Of a stretch of 64,000 bases of DNA, positions 58,955-64,000 are shown piece by piece. How positions within the stretch are numbered: the first letter of the stretch is position 1; each line of letters opens with the position of its first letter. The DNA is from Bacillales bacterium UBA4951. GTDB taxonomy: Bacteria; Bacillota_I; Bacilli_A; RFN20; CAG-826. Where the stretch lies: positions 1,506 through 65,505 of the forward strand of contig DHAP01000034.1 of the NCBI GenBank assembly GCA_002397465.1, read 5' to 3'. A program made the position numbers and the translations under genes. The notes beneath the pieces were generated by a model. That model saw only the letters and a list, made by a program, of their open reading frames with translations, was not told the origin of the DNA and made no database searches.

Positions 58955-59503
58955 ATGATAACAATTTCCGTTTTGGGCCTCGACCAATATGTGGTCGGGC
59001 ATTATAGCAAAGAGCATACGGCCAATTTGGCCAATCTATACGAAACCGACGAGGAGGCCGTCAATTTTTACGCCCCCAACAGCATGGTCTTCCATAACGG
59101 TGTCGAGCAGACTTCCTGGAACACCATCGTGATCGTGAAAGCCCCGCATCGCTGCGAGGCCGTCGAAAGCAAGGTCGCCGATTACATCATCAAGACTTTG
59201 AGCGAGTTCACGATCAATCTCGAAGTCGAGTTTGAATATTTCGAGGAAGGACATCACTACGAGCATGTGAATTCCTCATATCCTCGCTTCATCTTGGAAA
59301 GCAACCTCGTTGACGTGGAAGCCGATTCCGGCGATGACAGCGACGAAGATGACGAAGAACCCGATCCACGCGACAGAGCGGATCTCGATATTGACGACCC
59401 CAATCAGATTTTCTTAGGCGATGCCTTTGCCGGCCGTGAACATGAGCTCGATGAAAAAGACGCCCATGACAAAGCCAGCGGTGAAACCAAGAAAAAGTCC
59501 TGA
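58955..59503 (+). CDS. DUF1904-like (tautomerase-fold) protein with ~70-aa poly-acidic tail
   Basis: The N-terminal ~110 aa follow the DUF1904 pattern as I recall it (MITISVLGLD...VNFYAPNSMVFHNG...IVIVKA). The tail is DSGDDSDEDDEEPDPRDRADLDIDD. ATG at 58955 has the RBS GTGAGG. Confidence 0.45.
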   Translation: MITISVLGLDQYVVGHYSKEHTANLANLYETDEEAVNFYAPNSMVFHNGVEQTSWNTIVIVKAPHRCEAVESKVADYIIKTLSEFTINLEVEFEYFEEGHHYEHVNSSYPRFILESNLVDVEADSGDDSDEDDEEPDPRDRADLDIDDPNQIFLGDAFAGREHELDEKDAHDKASGETKKKS

Positions 59504-59526
59504 TCAAACGGGCAATGGAGGATGTT

Positions 59527-60858
59527 ATGCAGGAATTGGATCTAAGCGAGAAAATCTTAAAGGACATCATCGGCGGCGACACGCCTTTTGCCGAAGCCCT
59601 CAGAAAAGTCTTCCAAAACGACGTTTCGGTCAGGCCGATGCGTTCCACGGTTGCGGGTCTAGTTGGCTGCGAACTCCGCCACCATTTGCTTTTCGTCTAT
59701 CTGACATCCCCATTAGAAGGCTACAGCGATGACGAGAAATCATTCCTTTCCCTCTGCCTTGCGGATGCCTATTTCTTCAAGCGCATACCTTCGGACGCCC
59801 TCCTTGGAGCGATGAAGGAAAGGCTTGGCGACGCCAAGTTGGCTTTGGCTGACCCTTTGATCAAAAAAGCCGGAAAACCAGAAGAATATATCCCAGAAGA
59901 GCTTGTAAAATCGAGCAACAAATACCTTTCTTTAAGATATAACACCCCTGAGTGGGTCTTGAAGATTTGGGAGCATTTCGGATACGGGACCACCTATAAG
60001 ATCCTAAAAAAGAACAATCACCAAAATACTTCCAGCGTCAGAGTCAGAACCTCTCTCATCAACCCAGAAAGCCTTTTGAACAACAACCCCGATTATGCCA
60101 AAACCCCAGTCGATGGGATTTTGAGCTATAGCGGAAAGCTTCCCTTAAGGAAACTTGAGGAGTTCCGCGAAGACAAGGTCTTTGCCGAAAGACCGGCCAC
60201 CAAAGCCATTTTGGACAAGTTCAAGATCTCCGAGCCGAGCGAAGCTTTGCTTTTCTCCGGCAACGACGACAGTTCTATCCTCAAAGAGATGATTGAGACC
60301 TACAACTCGAGCGTCGGGCTCAACCTTGGCGTCTATGAAGTCGAAAAGTACCCAGACGTCATCAAGATGATCAGGGCCGCCGGCCTCAAGAACGTCAACT
60401 TCTTCGGCGCCGATCCGACTTCGATGGATGCCTCTATCTCCAAACCTCAGGATTTGGTGATCGCCGCTCCGAATTCCTCGAATTTCGATCTCATCAGGGA
60501 ATATCCTGACTATCTCCTCCATTTCAAGAAAGACGGGATGGACGAGCTTTTCAAGAAAGAGAAAGAAATGCTCGAGGGAGTCAGCAAATTCGTGGCCGAG
60601 GGCGGAACCCTCATCTACATGATCTACACGATCAGCAAGAAAGAAGGCCACCAGACCGTCATCGACTTCTCGACTCTTCACACGGAATTCAAGCTGGTCC
60701 GCGAAGCCCAGCTCTTCCCATACGAAGATCTCGACACCGCCCTTTACTACGCCGTTATGAAAAAAGAAACGCCTTTGTTAAAAGTCGGCGCCCCGCTTAG
60801 CGAAGTCGCCAACGTCTTGACCAACGCCAGCGTCAGCATGTCCGCCAAAACAATATAA
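59527..60858 (+). CDS. rsmB: RsmB/Sun-like protein (NusB-like N-domain plus MTase fold) with degenerate catalytic motifs
   Basis: It sits at the syntenic position before rlmN. The MTase-fold alignment is visible (DLVIAAPNSSNFDLIREYPD ; GGTLIYMIYTISKKEGHQTV). ATG at 59527 is preceded by GGAGGA, with an alternative ATG at 59515. Confidence 0.65.
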   Translation: MQELDLSEKILKDIIGGDTPFAEALRKVFQNDVSVRPMRSTVAGLVGCELRHHLLFVYLTSPLEGYSDDEKSFLSLCLADAYFFKRIPSDALLGAMKERLGDAKLALADPLIKKAGKPEEYIPEELVKSSNKYLSLRYNTPEWVLKIWEHFGYGTTYKILKKNNHQNTSSVRVRTSLINPESLLNNNPDYAKTPVDGILSYSGKLPLRKLEEFREDKVFAERPATKAILDKFKISEPSEALLFSGNDDSSILKEMIETYNSSVGLNLGVYEVEKYPDVIKMIRAAGLKNVNFFGADPTSMDASISKPQDLVIAAPNSSNFDLIREYPDYLLHFKKDGMDELFKKEKEMLEGVSKFVAEGGTLIYMIYTISKKEGHQTVIDFSTLHTEFKLVREAQLFPYEDLDTALYYAVMKKETPLLKVGAPLSEVANVLTNASVSMSAKTI

Positions 60859-60862
60859 AACC

Positions 60863-61903
60863 ATGGAAAAAAAGAATCTCTTCGGATACAGCCTACCGCA
60901 GTTAGAAGAAGAGATGATCGCTTTGAAGCAAACCCCATATCGGGCCCGTCAGCTCTATTCTTGGATCTACGTCAAGAAAGTCTATGACTTCTCATGCTAC
61001 AGCGACATCTCGAAGCCTTTTCGCGAGCAGTTAGAGAAAGAATATTGCCTTGACCTTCCTTCCATTTTCAAGGAAGAGGATTCCCAAGACGGAACCGTCA
61101 AACTCCTTTTGGAGATGAAAGACGGGGCCAAAGTCGAGACCGTTTTGATGCGTTACGACTATGGAAACGTCATCTGCGTCTCGAGCGAGGTCGGATGCAA
61201 CATGGGATGTGCTTTCTGCGCTTCCGGCATCTTGAAGAAAGAGCGTAACCTCACCTCAGCTGAAATGGTAGGCGAGGTCATTTTGATGAACCAGTTGTTA
61301 GAAAAAGAAGGCGAGAACGTCTCCCACGTCGTCGTGATGGGGACTGGCGAGCCTTTTGACAACTACGATAACGTCATGTCTTTCGTCCGTATCATGAACG
61401 AGCAAAAAGGCTTGGCCATCGGAGCCAGGCACATCACGGTCAGCACGTGCGGGCTGGTCGATGGCATCCGTAGATACGCCGAAGAGGGCATTCAGATCAA
61501 CCTTGCCATTTCCTTGCATGCCCCGAATGACAAAATCAGACAGGAGATCATGCCGATAGCCAAAGCCTATCCTCTCGACAAGCTTCTTGAGGCCGTCCGT
61601 TACTACCTAGACAAGTCCGGCCGCAGGGTCACTTTTGAGTACATCATGATAAAAGGCGTCAACGATTCGCTGGAATGCGCCGATGAATTGGCCGATTTGC
61701 TGAAAGGCATTTTCTGCTACGTCAACCTCATTCCTTTGAACCCCGTGAAAGAAAAGCCTTTTGAGCGTTGCTCCAACAACCAGACCCATTTGTTCAGCGA
61801 ACGCTTGAACTCCAGGGGCATCAATTGCACCATAAGAAAAGAATTCGGGACTGACATCGACGCCGCCTGTGGGCAGCTTCGCGTCAAATATGTAAAAAAA
61901 TGA
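60863..61903 (+). CDS. rlmN: 23S rRNA/tRNA adenine-C2 methyltransferase, radical SAM
   Basis: Radical SAM cluster motif CNMGCAFCASG, plus MGTGEPFDN and the C-terminal GTDIDAACGQL. Confidence 0.95.
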   Translation: MEKKNLFGYSLPQLEEEMIALKQTPYRARQLYSWIYVKKVYDFSCYSDISKPFREQLEKEYCLDLPSIFKEEDSQDGTVKLLLEMKDGAKVETVLMRYDYGNVICVSSEVGCNMGCAFCASGILKKERNLTSAEMVGEVILMNQLLEKEGENVSHVVVMGTGEPFDNYDNVMSFVRIMNEQKGLAIGARHITVSTCGLVDGIRRYAEEGIQINLAISLHAPNDKIRQEIMPIAKAYPLDKLLEAVRYYLDKSGRRVTFEYIMIKGVNDSLECADELADLLKGIFCYVNLIPLNPVKEKPFERCSNNQTHLFSERLNSRGINCTIRKEFGTDIDAACGQLRVKYVKK

Positions 61904-62655
61904 GCAACAATTTCCGCGGTACATACGCCTATAAGACGGATATCGGAAGGGTCAGAAGCCACAACGAGGACCAGGCCATGGTCGTCGTAAACGCCTCGGG
62001 CGAGGTTTTCATGATCGTCTGCGACGGGATGGGTGGGGCCAACAAGGGGGATGTCGCCTCCAAGATGGCCATCGACTCCTTATGCGAATCATTCCGAAAC
62101 AAGAAAAGAATGCCATTCGCATACCTTGATAAACTATGGCTCACGAGAGCCTGCAAGGCCGCCAATAAATCAATCTATGACTTAGCCGATAAGAAACCTG
62201 CCTACAAAGGCATGGGCACCACCTTGGTGGCCGCCCTCATCAGCGGGAATCGTCTTTTGATCGGCAACATCGGTGATTCCAGGGCTTACATGATCGTCAA
62301 AAACGAAATCAAACAGCTGACCGTTGACCAGACATACGTTCATTTCCTAGTCGAGACCGGCAAGATCAGCAAGGAACAGGCCCTGACCCATCCAGAAAGG
62401 CATGTCTTGATGAACGCCTTAGGAATCTATCCTTCGCTTTCATTGACCATCAGCCAATATCCATATCATGGCGAAAGCATGCTTCTTTGCAGCGATGGCT
62501 TATACAATCAGCTCAGCGAAAAAGAGATCCTTTCCATCACTTCGACCGATGAAAGAGTCGATCAGAAAGTCACTTCTTTGATAGTTCAGGCCAATTCCAA
62601 CGGCGGGAGCGACAACGAAGGCGTCAGCTATTGGGAGAGTATGGGACATGATTGA
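61900..62655 (+). CDS. prpC: PP2C-family Ser/Thr phosphatase
   Basis: Motifs RSHNEDQ, VCDGMGG, GDSRAY, LCSDGL and GGSDN. Confidence 0.9.
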   Translation: MSNNFRGTYAYKTDIGRVRSHNEDQAMVVVNASGEVFMIVCDGMGGANKGDVASKMAIDSLCESFRNKKRMPFAYLDKLWLTRACKAANKSIYDLADKKPAYKGMGTTLVAALISGNRLLIGNIGDSRAYMIVKNEIKQLTVDQTYVHFLVETGKISKEQALTHPERHVLMNALGIYPSLSLTISQYPYHGESMLLCSDGLYNQLSEKEILSITSTDERVDQKVTSLIVQANSNGGSDNEGVSYWESMGHD

Positions 62656-63526
62656 GATCGGAAATAAAATAGATGAGCGCTATCGCATAACCTCAAGGAT
62701 CGCCCATGGTGGCATGGCCGACGTCTATGAGGCCTATGACATCGTGAACCGTGAGACGGTCGCCATCAAAATAATGCGCACCGACATGATGGACAATCCG
62801 CAGAACATCGTCCGTTTCAAAAGAGAGTGCATGGCGGCCGCTTCTTTGAACAACCCCAATATCGTCAAGGTATATGGGAATGGCATCGTCGATGGACGCC
62901 CTTACATGGTCAACGAGTATGTGGAAGGCAGGACCCTCCGTGACAAGCTCAATGTCGTCGCGGGGCATAACCTCGCCCCCTTTGAGGCTTGCGAGGTCAT
63001 GCTTCAACTTACCTCCGGCGTCCAATACATCCACGAGCACGGTCTCATTCACCGTGACATCAAACCAGACAATCTTTTCTATCTTTCCGATGGATCGGTC
63101 AAAATAGCCGACTTTGGTATCTCCACGCCGCTTGGCGAGAAAAGCAAAGGCGACGCGGTGACGGGAACCGTCTACTACACGGCCCCGGAGATTTTGATGG
63201 GCGGAGAAGCGGGGGTTGCCAGCGATATCTATTCGATGGGCATTGTCTTCTATGAGATGCTCACCGGTTCCATTCCTTTCGATGGGGCCACGCCAGAAGA
63301 AGTCGCCATCGCCCATATCAAGAAACATTTCCCTGAGCCGAGCAAAGTACTTTCTTCGATACCGAAGGAAATCGACAAAATCGTCGTGAAGGCCTGCCGC
63401 AAACGTCCGGAAGAGCGTTATCTTTCGGCCATGCAGATGCACGATTCCATCCAAGAGGCCATGAAAGACGAAAACGCCTTCCAGGAAAGAAAAGGCTTCT
63501 GGAGCCGTCTTTTCGGATTCAAGTGA
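62648..63526 (+). CDS. prkC: Hanks-type Ser/Thr protein kinase, catalytic domain only
   Basis: Motifs VAIK, HRDIKPDN, DFG and APE. The protein ends at 292 aa with no TM helix or PASTA repeats. Confidence 0.85.
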   Translation: MIEIGNKIDERYRITSRIAHGGMADVYEAYDIVNRETVAIKIMRTDMMDNPQNIVRFKRECMAAASLNNPNIVKVYGNGIVDGRPYMVNEYVEGRTLRDKLNVVAGHNLAPFEACEVMLQLTSGVQYIHEHGLIHRDIKPDNLFYLSDGSVKIADFGISTPLGEKSKGDAVTGTVYYTAPEILMGGEAGVASDIYSMGIVFYEMLTGSIPFDGATPEEVAIAHIKKHFPEPSKVLSSIPKEIDKIVVKACRKRPEERYLSAMQMHDSIQEAMKDENAFQERKGFWSRLFGFK

Positions 63527-64000
63527 TGAAAGACTTATCCAAATACAATTATCCAGCCGTTTCGCCCTCAATCCTTTCGGCCCCGAAAGACGACCTTTTG
63601 AACAAAGGCGTCATTTTCGCCGAGAAGAACGGGGCTCATTTCATCCATCTTGACGTCATGGATGGGCATTTCGTCCCAGCCGTCACTTTCGACGATTCCT
63701 TCATCGCCTCAATAAGCCATAAACATCATATGGTCAACGACGTTCACATCATGGTCGAGGATCCTCTGACGAAAGCCGCCTCATATTGCAAGGCCGGGGC
63801 CGACGTCCTCACCTTCCATTTCGAGGCCTGCAAAGACGATGACGAGGTCATCAAAACCATCTCCCTCATCAAATCGTTCGGCGTCAACGCCGGATTGTCC
63901 ATCAAACCGGACACCAAAGTCGAAAGAGTGGAGCGTTTTCTCCCTCTTTTGGACTTGTTTCTCGTGATGTCGGTGGAGCCGGGGGCTGGCGGACAGCCTT
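63526..64000 (+). CDS. rpe: Ribulose-phosphate 3-epimerase (5' part, runs off the window)
   Basis: Motifs PSILSA, HLDVMDGHFVP and VMSVEPGAGGQ. The ATG overlaps the kinase stop (TGATG). Confidence 0.9.
   Translation, partial: MKDLSKYNYPAVSPSILSAPKDDLLNKGVIFAEKNGAHFIHLDVMDGHFVPAVTFDDSFIASISHKHHMVNDVHIMVEDPLTKAASYCKAGADVLTFHFEACKDDDEVIKTISLIKSFGVNAGLSIKPDTKVERVERFLPLLDLFLVMSVEPGAGGQP

Noticed and set aside
62693-63571. 292-aa minus-strand ORF exactly mirroring the Ser/Thr kinase gene
   Set aside because: It is an antisense shadow ORF of a strongly motif-supported plus-strand gene. It has no RBS, a low-complexity R/G/H/D-rich composition and no family motif. The same reasoning applies to other long antisense or alternate-frame ORFs in the track (e.g. 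17914-18522, 42647-43105, 45004-45450, 47479-47979, 60145-60681, 38233-38748).

Overview
This 64-kb window looks like a core chromosomal region of a low-GC Gram-positive-derived bacterium, probably wall-less or genome-reduced (Mollicutes, Acholeplasma or RF39-like). That placement is inferred from gene content alone. The standard genetic code applies, because TGA is a genuine stop at several conserved gene ends. About 55 protein genes, two tRNAs (Gly-UCC, Asp-GUC) and several intrinsic terminators and sigma70-type promoters can be supported. Recognisable blocks are: a complete F1Fo ATP synthase operon (atpIBEFHAGDC); addB-addA; glpK; a heterodimeric ABC exporter pair; and a stripped-down version of the Firmicute gmk-priA-rsmB-rlmN-prpC-prkC-rpe cluster. 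Many lipoproteins and membrane proteins are also present. I saw no CRISPR array, transposase, integrase or prophage genes. The most unusual element is an uninterrupted 8.3-kb gene for a 2,776-aa N-terminally membrane-anchored, Ser/Thr/Asn/Asp-rich protein. It is built from degenerate modules that include three ~660-bp tandem repeats, and I recognise no domain in it. Other points worth follow-up:
- an uncharacterised 388-aa gene tightly coupled to addAB;
- an RsmB homologue lacking both catalytic cysteines;
- a PrkC-like kinase with no TM or PASTA region;
- an ATP synthase c-subunit with a two-carboxylate Na+-type ion-binding signature;
- an orphan Vsr-like endonuclease with substituted zinc ligands;
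- a frameshifted MIP channel gene.
All family assignments come from motif recognition by eye. No database search was run.
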